Shown: positions 29,867 through 39,477 of the stretch, piece after piece
How the letters are laid out: every line of letters begins with the position of its first letter
Position numbering within the stretch: position 1 is the first letter of the stretch
From: a virus
Lineage: Duplodnaviria > Caudoviricetes
Direction: 5' to 3' (one strand)
DNA: 54,423 nucleotides
Virus record (IMG/VR): IMGVR_UViG_3300023174_000213
Span: 1-54,423 of that record
Program-made: the position numbers and the translations under genes
The notes under the pieces: model-generated
What the model was told of the DNA's origin: nothing
Database searches by the model: none
Seen by the model: the letters and a program-made list of their open reading frames with translations, nothing else

Positions 29867-30129
29867 TAAATCCAGACTTTCAACACAGCCCCCTGCAAAT
29901 GTTGCTGGTTGAAATGCACGAGCTTCACCAAGAATTACAGCGTCAAGGGTTCTCATCCAAGGACTCTAACGAAATTGTCGGCCACATCTTGTACGATCAG
30001 ATGATGGACCGTCCCCTTGTGTCGGACGAAGATGTCCAGTACACTGAAGACCTAGAAGATTTAGACAACGACAACGACGAAGGAGATTTACTAGATGACG
30101 ACGACCCCAGCGGAGAGCGGCCTCTCTAA
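29863..30129 (+). CDS. Small acidic hypothetical protein
   Basis: GTGA overlap with the upstream gene; D/E-rich C-terminus. Confidence 0.55.
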   Translation: MINPDFQHSPLQMLLVEMHELHQELQRQGFSSKDSNEIVGHILYDQMMDRPLVSDEDVQYTEDLEDLDNDNDEGDLLDDDDPSGERPL

Positions 30130-31936
30130 CGTCAAGCTTCACTTGGTAGACACTGTCGAAAAGGCAGAACAGTTTCTCTCGTGGCTTGGCGAGCGCCGAC
30201 CGATGAACGCTATTGCCATTGATATTGAAACGGGCGAGAAGCCAGGCGGTCGTCGCACCGATACATTCTCCCCGTGGCACGGAAACATTCGCCTTGTTCA
30301 GGTGGGCGACGCACAGCAAGGCTGGGCAATCCCGTGGGAAGAGTGGTCTGGAGTTTTCTATCAGGGGATGGAGAACTATGACGGTCCAATTGTCTGCCAC
30401 AACATTGCGTTTGAGGCCCGGTGGTTTGCCGTCAAGTCACGCTGGGATTTGCCGTGGCACCAAGCTCACGACACCATGATTATGGCTCAAATCATTGACC
30501 CTCTCGGGACAGCAGCACTCAAGCGCCTTGCGGCTCGCTATGTAGATGGTCGCTCGGTTGCTTTGCAAGACACTCTCGATCGTCAATTCATGGATAACGG
30601 ATGGACGTGGGGGACTGTCCCCGTCACGTTTGAGCCATATTGGGCATATGGAGCACTGGACACCGTACTGACGATGCGTCTGTTCGAGCAGTTTTATGAA
30701 CTCTGCGGTCCGGGGAAGCCATATAGTATTCCCTACGAACTTGAGATGGCTGCTCGCAAGATTGTTACGCGCATGGAAATCAACGGCGCTCGAATCAATC
30801 TTGAGTACTCCAAGAGCAAGTACGACGAACTCCTGAGCTACTCCGACTCCGTCAAGGAGTGGGCCAAAAATGCTCATGGCGGTATATCAATCACAAGCAA
30901 CATGCAACTTGTCCATGCCTTTGAGGGGCTGGGTGCTGACATCACGGAGACCACTCCGTCAGGCAATAAGTCGGTTAGCAAGGATCAACTCTCCATGCTA
31001 GTCCGTGACGGTAATGCAGATGTCAAGCAGTTGGCTGATGCCGTACTCAAGCAACGCAAGGCCGACAAGCTAGCTAGCTCGTACTTCCTCAACTTCATCA
31101 ACGACAATGTCGATGGGTTTGTACACCCGTCCATCAACCTACTGCGTGCTCGTACTGGTCGTATGTCGATTACTGAACCTGCGCTTCAGACCCTTCCCTC
31201 TGGGGATGCCACAGTTCGTCGTGCGTTTATTCCGAAGGATGAGGACCACGTCATTATCTCGTCCGACCTTGATCAAGTCGAGTTCCGTATCACTGCCAAC
31301 TACAGCGAAGATGCAACCCTTATCAAGTTGTTCCACGATGCCGATGCGACTGGTGGAGACGTATTTACCTCGATCATGCAGCAGGTCTACCAAGATAACA
31401 CACTGACCAAATCAGACCCTCGTCGTAAACTCATCAAGGGTGTTATCTACGGCAAGCTTTATGGTGCTGGTGTCGACAAGATGGCTCTGACCGCAGGTGT
31501 TACAACTGAAATCATGCGTGAGGTTGTCGAGGCTTTCGACGGAAACTACCCCGGTGTCAAGATGTTCCAGAAGCGAATTGAAGAATCTGGGATGCGTCGT
31601 TTTCGTGAAGAGGGCAGGGGCTACGTTATGACTCGTACCGGACGTCGACTCCCCTGCGACGACGACCGCGTTTACTCGCTGACCAACTACCTCATTCAGG
31701 GAACGGCAGCAGAAGTATTCAAGCAGAGCCTGATTCGACTTGATCAGGCTGACCTGACAGAACTTCTTATTGTCCCTGTGCACGACGAAATTGTGCTTCA
31801 GGCACCGCGAGAGAATGCTGCAGAAATTATGCGCGTTGTGCAGTCCTGCATGACTACCACTGAAGGCTGGGATATTCCACTCACCGCTGGAGTAGACGGA
31901 CCGTTTGAGAACTGGGGCCAGAAGTACGATGCCTAA
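30095..31936 (+). CDS. polA: DNA polymerase family A (3'-5' exonuclease + polymerase)
   Basis: ExoI DIET, HNIAFE, RTGRMS..P.LQ, motif A DLDQVEFR, motif B RKLIKGVIYGKLYG, motif C VHDE. Confidence 0.95.
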   Translation: MTTTPAESGLSNVKLHLVDTVEKAEQFLSWLGERRPMNAIAIDIETGEKPGGRRTDTFSPWHGNIRLVQVGDAQQGWAIPWEEWSGVFYQGMENYDGPIVCHNIAFEARWFAVKSRWDLPWHQAHDTMIMAQIIDPLGTAALKRLAARYVDGRSVALQDTLDRQFMDNGWTWGTVPVTFEPYWAYGALDTVLTMRLFEQFYELCGPGKPYSIPYELEMAARKIVTRMEINGARINLEYSKSKYDELLSYSDSVKEWAKNAHGGISITSNMQLVHAFEGLGADITETTPSGNKSVSKDQLSMLVRDGNADVKQLADAVLKQRKADKLASSYFLNFINDNVDGFVHPSINLLRARTGRMSITEPALQTLPSGDATVRRAFIPKDEDHVIISSDLDQVEFRITANYSEDATLIKLFHDADATGGDVFTSIMQQVYQDNTLTKSDPRRKLIKGVIYGKLYGAGVDKMALTAGVTTEIMREVVEAFDGNYPGVKMFQKRIEESGMRRFREEGRGYVMTRTGRRLPCDDDRVYSLTNYLIQGTAAEVFKQSLIRLDQADLTELLIVPVHDEIVLQAPRENAAEIMRVVQSCMTTTEGWDIPLTAGVDGPFENWGQKYDA

Positions 31937-32405
31937 GTTTGTGCTGGCAGTAGACCCCGGAAAAGTTACGGGCATGGCGCTCGCTGCCTTTGAAAAGGGA
32001 GGCGACCCTCAACTAGTATGGGCCGACGAACTGGAGATGTACGAGTACTACCGAAAGCTTCACGAGCTGTTCGTGACGTACGGAGACGATCTTGAGATTG
32101 TCTGCGAAAAATTTACAATTAATGTGCAGACGGCTAAAAAGTCTCAGGCTCCATACAGCCTCGAGTGTATCGGTGTTCTCAAAGCGGTCATGATGTACTA
32201 TGGCCGCGACCCCGAGGAGCTGAAGTACCAACTTCCTGCCAATGCAATGAGCATGTTTCCTAATGTCAAGATCAAGACCATGGGCTACTGGTACCGAGGA
32301 GGTGCTGGGCACGCCCTCGATGCAATTCGACATGCGCTACTTTATGTGGTACAACAGGAGAAGTGGAATTTTTTACCACTACTCAGAAAAGGAAATGACG
32401 AATGA
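31929..32405 (+). CDS. RuvC-like Holliday junction resolvase
   Basis: VLAVDPGKVTG, IVCEKF, HALDAIRH; start refined to ATG 31929. Confidence 0.75.
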   Translation: MPKFVLAVDPGKVTGMALAAFEKGGDPQLVWADELEMYEYYRKLHELFVTYGDDLEIVCEKFTINVQTAKKSQAPYSLECIGVLKAVMMYYGRDPEELKYQLPANAMSMFPNVKIKTMGYWYRGGAGHALDAIRHALLYVVQQEKWNFLPLLRKGNDE

Positions 32406-34189
32406 CGATTAATGTCGAACTGAACGAGGAACGCACACAAATCCTTATTAGCGCCGAGTGGCGTTTCAAGGAGCTGTGTAAGACGATTCCTGGTGCGACA
32501 TGGGACTCCAAGAGCGATGTGTGGCGTATGCCCGTCTCGTGGTCTGGCTGCCTTGCCCTGCGCTCTACGTTCCGAGATGCCCTTGCAATTGGTCCGGGAC
32601 TGGCGCAGTGGGCAACGGATGAGCGAACTAGTCGTATCGATCCTGCTAATGCACTGCGTGAACTTACCGCCTCAGACGAGGGCGATGTCGACCTGTTTCC
32701 CCACCAGCGTGCTGGTGTTGAGTTCTTGATTACCGCACGTCAGGCGTTGTTGGCCGACGAGCCTGGACTCGGCAAGACTGCACAAGCTATTCGCGCTATC
32801 AAGAAACTCCACGATCGGGGGGAAGATGTATTTCCTGCCTTGATTGTCTGCCCCAATACCCTCAAAAAGAACTGGGAACGCGAGTTTGACAAGTGGTGGC
32901 CAGGTATAGACGTAACCGTCATTGGCGGTACGGCTGTACAGCGTCGCAAGCAGTTTGAAGAACCGTCTCAGGTCTATGTCATTAACTGGGAAAGCCTCCG
33001 CACACACTCGCGCTTGGCTCCCTATGGCTCAGTTTCGCTAGCTCGCTGTAAAGCGTGTGGCGGAGAGAACGGGTCTATGACCGAAAGTCGCTGTGAGGTT
33101 CACCCACGCGAGCTTAATTCTATTGAATTCAAGGCTGTGGTCGCGGATGAAATCCACCGATCCAAAGACCCCAAGTCAAAGCAGACTCGCGCTCTGTGGT
33201 CGGCGTCGGGTAACGCAGATATTCGATTTGCGCTGACCGGAACTCCGATTGCCAAAGATGTTGTCGACCTGTGGCCGATCTACCACTGGCTTGCCCCAAC
33301 TGAATTCCCGAGCCGTACTCGCTGGATTGACCGAATGGTCGATACCATGTTCAATGCTTTCGGTGGGATGATGGTTCTCGGTGTCAAGCCTCAGATGGAG
33401 GACGAGTTTTACGCCTCAATCAACCCTCGTATGCGTCGCATGCTCAAGCAGGTTGTGCTCCCGTGGCTCCCCGAAGTCATTGTTGACCGTCGCGATGTTG
33501 AGATGTCAGTCAAGCAGAAAAAAGCGTACAAGGATATGAAAGAGCAGATGATTGCCGAGATTGAGGACGGTGGCGTTGTTACTGCTCCCTCGGTCCTGAC
33601 TCAGACTCTTCGTCTCCTCCAGCTCTCAAGTGCATACGCTACCATCGAGATTGACGAGAACTCGGGCGAAGAGCGCGTGATCCTCTCAGAGCCATCGTGC
33701 ACGATTGATGCCTTGATGGATGACATTAAGAACGGTGACTTTGGTGAAGATTCGGTTGCTGTCTCTGCTGTATCTCGGCAGTTGATTTACTTACTCAGTG
33801 CTCGTCTCACCAGGGAAGGCATTGCTCATGGCCTTATCACAGGGGCTCAGAGTGGCGATGAGCGACAGTACGCTATCGACGACTTCCAGTCTGGGCGCAC
33901 TAAGTGGATACTCTTTACGGCCCAAGCAGGGGGCGTTGGAGTGACCCTGACGGCAGCTCGTCGACTCATTCGTCTGCAACGTCCGTGGTCTCTCGTTGAT
34001 GATCGACAGGTCAATGACCGCGTTCACCGTATTGGTTCTGAGATTCACGACTCAATCATTATTACCGACTACGTCACTGGTGGAACTGTGCAGGAACGCG
34101 TAGTTGACGTGTTAGAATCAAAATCCGACAACTTCGAACAGATTGTCAAGGACAAGGAGCAACTCCTCAAGATGCTCAAAGAAGGGTAA
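32402..34189 (+). CDS. SNF2-family DNA helicase
   Basis: ADEPGLGKT, DEIH, LTGTP, GGVGVTL, QVNDRVHRIG. Confidence 0.92.
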   Translation: MTINVELNEERTQILISAEWRFKELCKTIPGATWDSKSDVWRMPVSWSGCLALRSTFRDALAIGPGLAQWATDERTSRIDPANALRELTASDEGDVDLFPHQRAGVEFLITARQALLADEPGLGKTAQAIRAIKKLHDRGEDVFPALIVCPNTLKKNWEREFDKWWPGIDVTVIGGTAVQRRKQFEEPSQVYVINWESLRTHSRLAPYGSVSLARCKACGGENGSMTESRCEVHPRELNSIEFKAVVADEIHRSKDPKSKQTRALWSASGNADIRFALTGTPIAKDVVDLWPIYHWLAPTEFPSRTRWIDRMVDTMFNAFGGMMVLGVKPQMEDEFYASINPRMRRMLKQVVLPWLPEVIVDRRDVEMSVKQKKAYKDMKEQMIAEIEDGGVVTAPSVLTQTLRLLQLSSAYATIEIDENSGEERVILSEPSCTIDALMDDIKNGDFGEDSVAVSAVSRQLIYLLSARLTREGIAHGLITGAQSGDERQYAIDDFQSGRTKWILFTAQAGGVGVTLTAARRLIRLQRPWSLVDDRQVNDRVHRIGSEIHDSIIITDYVTGGTVQERVVDVLESKSDNFEQIVKDKEQLLKMLKEG

Positions 34190-34193
34190 ATCT

Positions 34194-34322
34194 GTGGCTA
34201 AGAAAAGAGGAAAGTCCTCTGGCATCCGCAATAACGATCGTCAGAATGGCAAAGGATTTAAGAAACACCCCAAGCAGTTTGATGCTGAAAAGCGTCGACT
34301 TGTTCCGGCACCTCCTAAATAA
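34194..34322 (+). CDS. Small highly basic protein (42 aa, missing from track)
   Basis: GTG 34194..TAA 34322, MAKKRGKSSGIRNNDRQNGKGFKKHPKQFDAEKRRLVPAPPK; exactly fills the gap. Confidence 0.55.
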   Translation: MAKKRGKSSGIRNNDRQNGKGFKKHPKQFDAEKRRLVPAPPK

Positions 34323-34334
34323 GGGAACTACAAA

Positions 34335-35270
34335 ATGACAGAAGGAACCTACACGCTCTCCAACTCGGAGATCCAGACGTATAAGGACTGTCGCCGTAAA
34401 TGGTGGCTGGCCTACTACCGACGCCTGAAGCCGAAGCAGAAGAAGTACAGCGGCCCACTGGCTCTCGGATCTCGTGTCCACGAGGCACTCGACCAGTACT
34501 ACTCGACTGACTCTCCGCTTCTCGACATCTACGCTGGCCTCGTTCACGAGGAGCGCAAGCTCGTCGAGGCTCAGACAGAGTTTACAAGCGACTTCGAGAC
34601 AGAAGCCGATCTTGGTCGTATCATGCTCGAAGGCTACCTTGACTGGGTTGAGGAGGAAGGAATCGACGCTGACCTCGAGTTTATCTCGACGGAAGAGATC
34701 CTGACCATGCCGATGTTTGACGGTAGCGTTGAACTTCAGGGAAAACTGGATATGCGAGTTCGCCGTAAGGCGGATGGTGTTCGTATGTTCCGCGATTTCA
34801 AGACGGTGGGCGGATCGTTCACTCAGTTTGGCGAGACTGCTCACATGAATGAGCAAATCCTTACTTACATGCTTTTAGAGAATGCCCAGAACGAGGGAAC
34901 GGATGAGCGAAGCGAAGGTGGTCTCTTTACCCTCCTCAAGAAGGTAAAGCGCACTGCTACCGCAAAGCCACCGTTCTACGATCAATTCGAAGTACGACAC
35001 AATGTATACACGTTGCGAGCCTTCTGGCAGCGACTTCATGGTGTAGTATCAGACTTGATAAGAACTAAAGATGCTTTGGACAATGGCGAAAGTCACTTTG
35101 CAGTGGCCTATCCTCGTCCAAACCGAGACTGCAAGTGGAAGTGCGAATTCTTTGCTGTCTGCCCTCTCATCGATGATGGAAGTGCCGCAGAGTCAGCTTT
35201 GGAAATGGGCTACGAAGCTGCAGACCCGTATGCATACTACGGAAAAGACGACCCGAAAGGTAGTGAATAG
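34335..35270 (+). CDS. Cas4-like PD-(D/E)XK exonuclease
   Basis: SNSEIQTYKDCRRKW, GKLD, DFKT, C-terminal C.WKC....C cluster. Confidence 0.85.
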   Translation: MTEGTYTLSNSEIQTYKDCRRKWWLAYYRRLKPKQKKYSGPLALGSRVHEALDQYYSTDSPLLDIYAGLVHEERKLVEAQTEFTSDFETEADLGRIMLEGYLDWVEEEGIDADLEFISTEEILTMPMFDGSVELQGKLDMRVRRKADGVRMFRDFKTVGGSFTQFGETAHMNEQILTYMLLENAQNEGTDERSEGGLFTLLKKVKRTATAKPPFYDQFEVRHNVYTLRAFWQRLHGVVSDLIRTKDALDNGESHFAVAYPRPNRDCKWKCEFFAVCPLIDDGSAAESALEMGYEAADPYAYYGKDDPKGSE

Positions 35271-36025
35271 TGTCTGATATTCAGCGCTCTCTGACGATGA
35301 TGATTTATGGCGCGTCAAAGGTGGGTAAGTCTACTTTTGCCGTCACAGCACCATATCCTCGTCTCATGCTCGATGTGGAGGGCGGCCACCGCTTCCTTCC
35401 CATCAACGTCAAGTACTGGGACCCCATGCGGGAAGAACCCCCGGTGGCTGACGGAACTTGGGACACCTGTGTTGTGATTGTTCGCGATCTCCACGTTGTC
35501 CTCAAGGCCTATCAGTGGCTTCAGGCTGGTAAGCACCAGTTCAAGTCTTTGATCATCGACTCCATTTCGGAGTTGCAGGACAAGTACATGACCGACATTG
35601 CAGGACAGGATGCGGTCAAGATGCAACAGTGGGGCGAAATCCTGCGTCGTATGGGAGCATTCCTCCGCGACGTTCGTGACCTCACCTCACACCCGACGGC
35701 ACCTCTCGAGGCTGTCGTTCTCACGGCAATGGCTCAGGAGCGTGAAGGTGTCATGCACCCTTACCTCCAAGGACAGCTCAAAACTCAGGCACCGTACTTC
35801 TACGATATCCTTGGGTACCTGTCTAACGAGACATTCCCGAATCCCGATCCCATGCAACCACCGTACAAGGTTCGCCGTCTGTACGTTGAGCGCACGGAAA
35901 AGTTTGAAGCAGGCGAGCGCGTACAAGGTCGACTCGGTTCAATTGTTGAACAAGGTGACCTCGGAGTCGAGCGTATGCTAGACTTGATTTTCGGACCCCG
36001 TACTCAGCCGAGTGCGGACCAGTAA
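35270..36025 (+). CDS. AAA ATPase, Sak4/RecA-like recombinase
   Basis: YGASKVGKST, LDVEGG, IIDSISE; lies between exonuclease and SSB. Confidence 0.8.
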   Translation: MSDIQRSLTMMIYGASKVGKSTFAVTAPYPRLMLDVEGGHRFLPINVKYWDPMREEPPVADGTWDTCVVIVRDLHVVLKAYQWLQAGKHQFKSLIIDSISELQDKYMTDIAGQDAVKMQQWGEILRRMGAFLRDVRDLTSHPTAPLEAVVLTAMAQEREGVMHPYLQGQLKTQAPYFYDILGYLSNETFPNPDPMQPPYKVRRLYVERTEKFEAGERVQGRLGSIVEQGDLGVERMLDLIFGPRTQPSADQ

Positions 36026-36051
36026 CAAAACCCGATTACTAAGGAGATAAA

Positions 36052-36660
36052 GTGACACAGATCAACTGGGGAGAAATAATTAAGGAAGCCGCTGATAGCG
36101 GTACATCCTTTGAGCCCCTTCCCGTAGGAGACTACAACCTCACCATCAAGGAAGCCTCATATAAGAAAGCCCAGAGTGGCCGCGATATGTGGAAGATCAC
36201 CACTGAGGTGATTGATGGCCCTCACGCACGTCGTCGTGTGTGGAACAACCTTGTCCTCGTCACGGAGAACCCTACCGCTCTTGGTATGTTTTTCCGTAAG
36301 ATGGGTGCACTCGGACTCACTCAAGAGTTTTTTGCTCAGAACCCCGACGTTGACACGATTGCTCGTGCCATGATCGGTCGTTCATTCCGTGGTCAGGTCA
36401 CTCAGGCTGACTACCAGGGTAAAATCAACAACGAAATCCAGATGTTCTACCCGATCTCGACACAGCCCGGTGTTGCGACTACCGTCGTAGCTCCTGTGTC
36501 TGCGCCCGCCCCCGCCGTTGCTTTTGCGCCCCCTGTGGCCGCTCCTGCTCCGGCTCTTGCTCCCGTTGTCAGCGCTCCTGTGGCTCCCCCCGCCCCAGCT
36601 GTTGCTGCTCCGGTTGGTGCACCTCCCATTCCTGGTGCACTCCCCTCTGCTCCTTTCTAA
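36052..36660 (+). CDS. Single-stranded DNA-binding protein (DUF669-like)
   Basis: FEPLPVGDY, GPHARRRVW, Pro/Ala-rich tail ending PF; SD AAGGAG. Confidence 0.7.
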   Translation: MTQINWGEIIKEAADSGTSFEPLPVGDYNLTIKEASYKKAQSGRDMWKITTEVIDGPHARRRVWNNLVLVTENPTALGMFFRKMGALGLTQEFFAQNPDVDTIARAMIGRSFRGQVTQADYQGKINNEIQMFYPISTQPGVATTVVAPVSAPAPAVAFAPPVAAPAPALAPVVSAPVAPPAPAVAAPVGAPPIPGALPSAPF

Positions 36661-36669
36661 TCGGTGAGC

Positions 36670-36710
36670 AACAAGATAGGCCCAAACGCTGAGTTTGGGT
36701 CTATTTTGTT
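36670..36710. terminator. 18-bp hairpin terminator (possibly bidirectional)
   Basis: AACAAGATAGGCCCAAAC-GCTGA-GTTTGGGTCTATTTTGTT. Confidence 0.7.
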
Positions 36711-36744
36711 GTAGAATAGAAGTACACTTTAACTTAGGAGAACA

Positions 36745-37173
36745 ATGTCTAAAGTAGACTTTTCTTGGGTAGACGAACAAATGGCAGGAGCCAAAGTTCG
36801 TATCCCTGTGGGTAAATTAACTGTCGCGCTGTTAAAGGCATGGGACGGTATTGCCACAGATGCGCTGACCCCGGCACAGATTGAAGAGGGCTTGACCCTA
36901 TTTAAGCACCTCGCGCAGAGCCACTCGGTCTTAGAGCCCTATAAGGATGAGATTTGGGTAGACGCTCGTCCGGGAGACCTCAAGGTTGCTGACTTTATTC
37001 GCGTCAAATCAGATGCATTTACAGGCGATCAAGGAGTACGCCTCAATGGAAGGCGCGGAAAGATTGTTGGAATTCGCTATGGAGACATTGTCTTTCGATC
37101 GGACGACGATCGTAAGCCTCTGCTCGATGGCGTCCACCTCCCGCCGAGCAAGCTCGAGAAGCGTGTGGTCTAG
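36745..37173 (+). CDS. Hypothetical protein with SH3/KOW-like C-terminal domain
   Basis: SD AGGAG; DFIRVK..NGRRGKIVGIRYGDIV. Confidence 0.6.
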   Translation: MSKVDFSWVDEQMAGAKVRIPVGKLTVALLKAWDGIATDALTPAQIEEGLTLFKHLAQSHSVLEPYKDEIWVDARPGDLKVADFIRVKSDAFTGDQGVRLNGRRGKIVGIRYGDIVFRSDDDRKPLLDGVHLPPSKLEKRVV

Positions 37174-37503
37174 TTGGAACGTCGCGGTGAAGTGCTCTGG
37201 ATGGAGTGGGGCGGCCACCACTGCCCTCTTCATCATCGAGTAATTTATTACACAGAAGAATTTGTAGACGTTGATCATGAGACGGTGTTCGGCGGGCTTG
37301 TCTCAGCCGTGCAGCGAAGTGGGCTTGTCGATGGACTTGGTGAAGCCTACCGCGTAGTCGACATCATAAATATTTACAAAGGTTATTTTGGATACGTCGA
37401 CGGCGACGATGAGCCACAAGTGTGTGACCACGAAGGGTGGACTCCTCGGGGAGATCTAGTGGACACAATTTTAGTAGGAACATGGGTTGGACTTGATGTC
37501 TGA
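37174..37503 (+). CDS. Hypothetical protein
   Basis: 109 aa filling the gap before whiB; start uncertain (TTG 37174 or ATG 37201). Confidence 0.55.
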   Translation: MERRGEVLWMEWGGHHCPLHHRVIYYTEEFVDVDHETVFGGLVSAVQRSGLVDGLGEAYRVVDIINIYKGYFGYVDGDDEPQVCDHEGWTPRGDLVDTILVGTWVGLDV

Positions 37504-37957
37504 TGACGAACAAGAGTGGCTTGACGACGCTGTATGCGCTCAGGATAGTAATAAGTCAAAGATAAACTTCTTCTTCTCAGACAATGAGGACGAGGTCGAG
37601 CAAGCCAAGACTCTCTGTATGTCGTGCCCTGTCAGAAAAAAGTGTCTCTCTAAGGCCCTCAATAATCGAGAGATTTGGGGAGTCTGGGGTGGAGCGTCTC
37701 AGGACGAGATCCGCGATGTTCTCTGTCTCACGGAAGACGAGCGCGAAGTACGTCGAACTAAGAAGGGCGAAGCTCCGTACTGCCTCTACTGCAACGCTAA
37801 TACAGAGTTTCTTCGCACCGGACAGATTGATATTCCTGGAGGTGGACGGTGGACAGTAAGGCGGACAGTAACTTGCTCACGCTGTGCGTTCACGTGGATC
37901 AGTAGAACTAGTGCAAACTCAGTGGATGGCTACCGTTCGCAGTATGGACTAAGTTAG
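37496..37957 (+). CDS. whiB: WhiB-family transcription factor with C-terminal zinc ribbon
   Basis: W...AVC, FF, AKTLCMSCPVRKKCL, WGVWGG; extra CLYC...CSRC. Confidence 0.88.
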   Translation: MSDDEQEWLDDAVCAQDSNKSKINFFFSDNEDEVEQAKTLCMSCPVRKKCLSKALNNREIWGVWGGASQDEIRDVLCLTEDEREVRRTKKGEAPYCLYCNANTEFLRTGQIDIPGGGRWTVRRTVTCSRCAFTWISRTSANSVDGYRSQYGLS

Positions 37958-39153
37958 TCCACTGCAAGAATACTGATGAACTCTCGGGGATCGTAGTCTC
38001 CACCGAAGACAAGTGTCAAGAATCCGGGACGAGACGATGCTCCTGTGCGGTCTCGGTACCAGTCCGAGCCGGGGTCTACTGTCGGAGCCTGTACCCAGAG
38101 GCGGGACCCAACATCCTGCGACTTGAAGTGGTGATAGTGACCGCTGATCCAGAGGTCTGCACCTCCCAGAGCTGTCTGACCCATAGCCTGTCCGTTGAGA
38201 TACTTCTCAACGTCTCGTGAGAACTGGTGTCCGTGGAACATCCCCAAGTGAGTTCCGCAGATTTCAGTAACAAGTGTTTGATGTCCAGAGGCGGGGAATC
38301 GGAACTCGACGTGTTGCAGGGCAGGGTTCTCGGCGCAGGCATCCTGAACTGCTGAGGCAATTTCTACGTTCCAGCCATCAGCAGGGTCTGCTGCTACCTG
38401 ACGAGTCACCTCGTCGTGGTTTCCGTTGACTACAGGGATAATCAATCGTTCAGCGTGGGGAGCAAATGTTTTGATTTGCTGAAGCAAGAGACGTCGAGCA
38501 ACGCGGACCTGCTCAGTCTGCCCGAGGTCCGATGCGGCGAGTCCTTGGAGACGTCCATTCTGAGAGACATTGCCCTCGACGTGGTCACCAAGTTCGGGGA
38601 GAACAATGGTTCCCATAGAGATACCCATCTTCTGAAGCCCTTGAAATCGTTCCACGCTTCGTCGAGTTCCCTCAAGGATGCGACCTACAGTCTGGTCAGT
38701 TCCGCCAGAGCCAGACTTTTTACCAATTTGCTTGTCAGCACCAACGTGAGCGTAGGCTCCGGTGCCAGTAGCAGTCTTAATCCCCTTCTCGGGACGCCAC
38801 GTTCTGATGTGGTCAATAAGATCCTCAAGATCAAAGTCACGCTCTGTGACTCCTCGGGCGGGAGTGACGTTGACGCGGACGGATTCAAGCCAGTCACCGT
38901 GGAACGTCTGCCACGATCCTTTACGAACAGATGTCACTAGCCACTCAGCAGGATCAAGCCCGCGCTCGCGCAGGATTTCTTCAGCACCGGGAGTATTTCC
39001 CTCGGCATTGGCAGTGGAGATTATAAATCCACCATCGGGTCCTAGCTCAACGCGAGGACGCCAAGACTCTGGAGTTGCGGTCTGCTTGGTGTCCGAACCA
39101 CTCTGTCCGGGAGACACTAAGTCAGTCAGAGTCTTTTTTAGTTCGTCGCTCAT
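37954..39153 (-). CDS. Metallophosphoesterase (Mre11/calcineurin-like nuclease)
   Basis: D.Q.GK, LGDHVEG, GNHD, HGH, GHYHH motifs; start refined to ATG 39153 (SD AAAGGA, ATGA overlap). Confidence 0.8.
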   Translation of the reverse strand: MSDELKKTLTDLVSPGQSGSDTKQTATPESWRPRVELGPDGGFIISTANAEGNTPGAEEILRERGLDPAEWLVTSVRKGSWQTFHGDWLESVRVNVTPARGVTERDFDLEDLIDHIRTWRPEKGIKTATGTGAYAHVGADKQIGKKSGSGGTDQTVGRILEGTRRSVERFQGLQKMGISMGTIVLPELGDHVEGNVSQNGRLQGLAASDLGQTEQVRVARRLLLQQIKTFAPHAERLIIPVVNGNHDEVTRQVAADPADGWNVEIASAVQDACAENPALQHVEFRFPASGHQTLVTEICGTHLGMFHGHQFSRDVEKYLNGQAMGQTALGGADLWISGHYHHFKSQDVGSRLWVQAPTVDPGSDWYRDRTGASSRPGFLTLVFGGDYDPREFISILAVD

Positions 39154-39422
39154 GATGAGTCCTTTGTTGAATATGCAAAACAGACACACGTCTTGCGACG
39201 GTGCCTGTCCATGGTTGCGTCAGAAATCTCATATCCAAGGGTACGAAGTGCTTGAGCCAGTTGATAGTTGGTGGGGCGGTTCTTGCTATTCTTCTCCATC
39301 CACATAATTTCGTTGAGAAGAGTCGTAGTTTCATCGTCCTGCTCGGCGACACACTGTGCAACTTTACACTGGCGAGACTTCAGGCCTTCAAGTACTTCTC
39401 GAACCTTGTCCGCATTTGACAC
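39150..39422 (-). CDS. Small putative DNA-binding/Zn protein
   Basis: CKV...LAQALRTLGYEISDATMDRHRRKTCVC; SD GGAGG before GTG 39422. Confidence 0.6.
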   Translation of the reverse strand: MSNADKVREVLEGLKSRQCKVAQCVAEQDDETTTLLNEIMWMEKNSKNRPTNYQLAQALRTLGYEISDATMDRHRRKTCVCFAYSTKDSS

Positions 39423-39477
39423 AGTAACCTCCAAGTGTTTGTGATACTTGAGGTAAAGTCTACCAGACTAATGCTGA

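Noticed and set aside
34335-35270. CRISPR-Cas system
   Set aside because: Solo Cas4-like nuclease within an exonuclease-recombinase-SSB module; no repeat-spacer array or other cas genes seen
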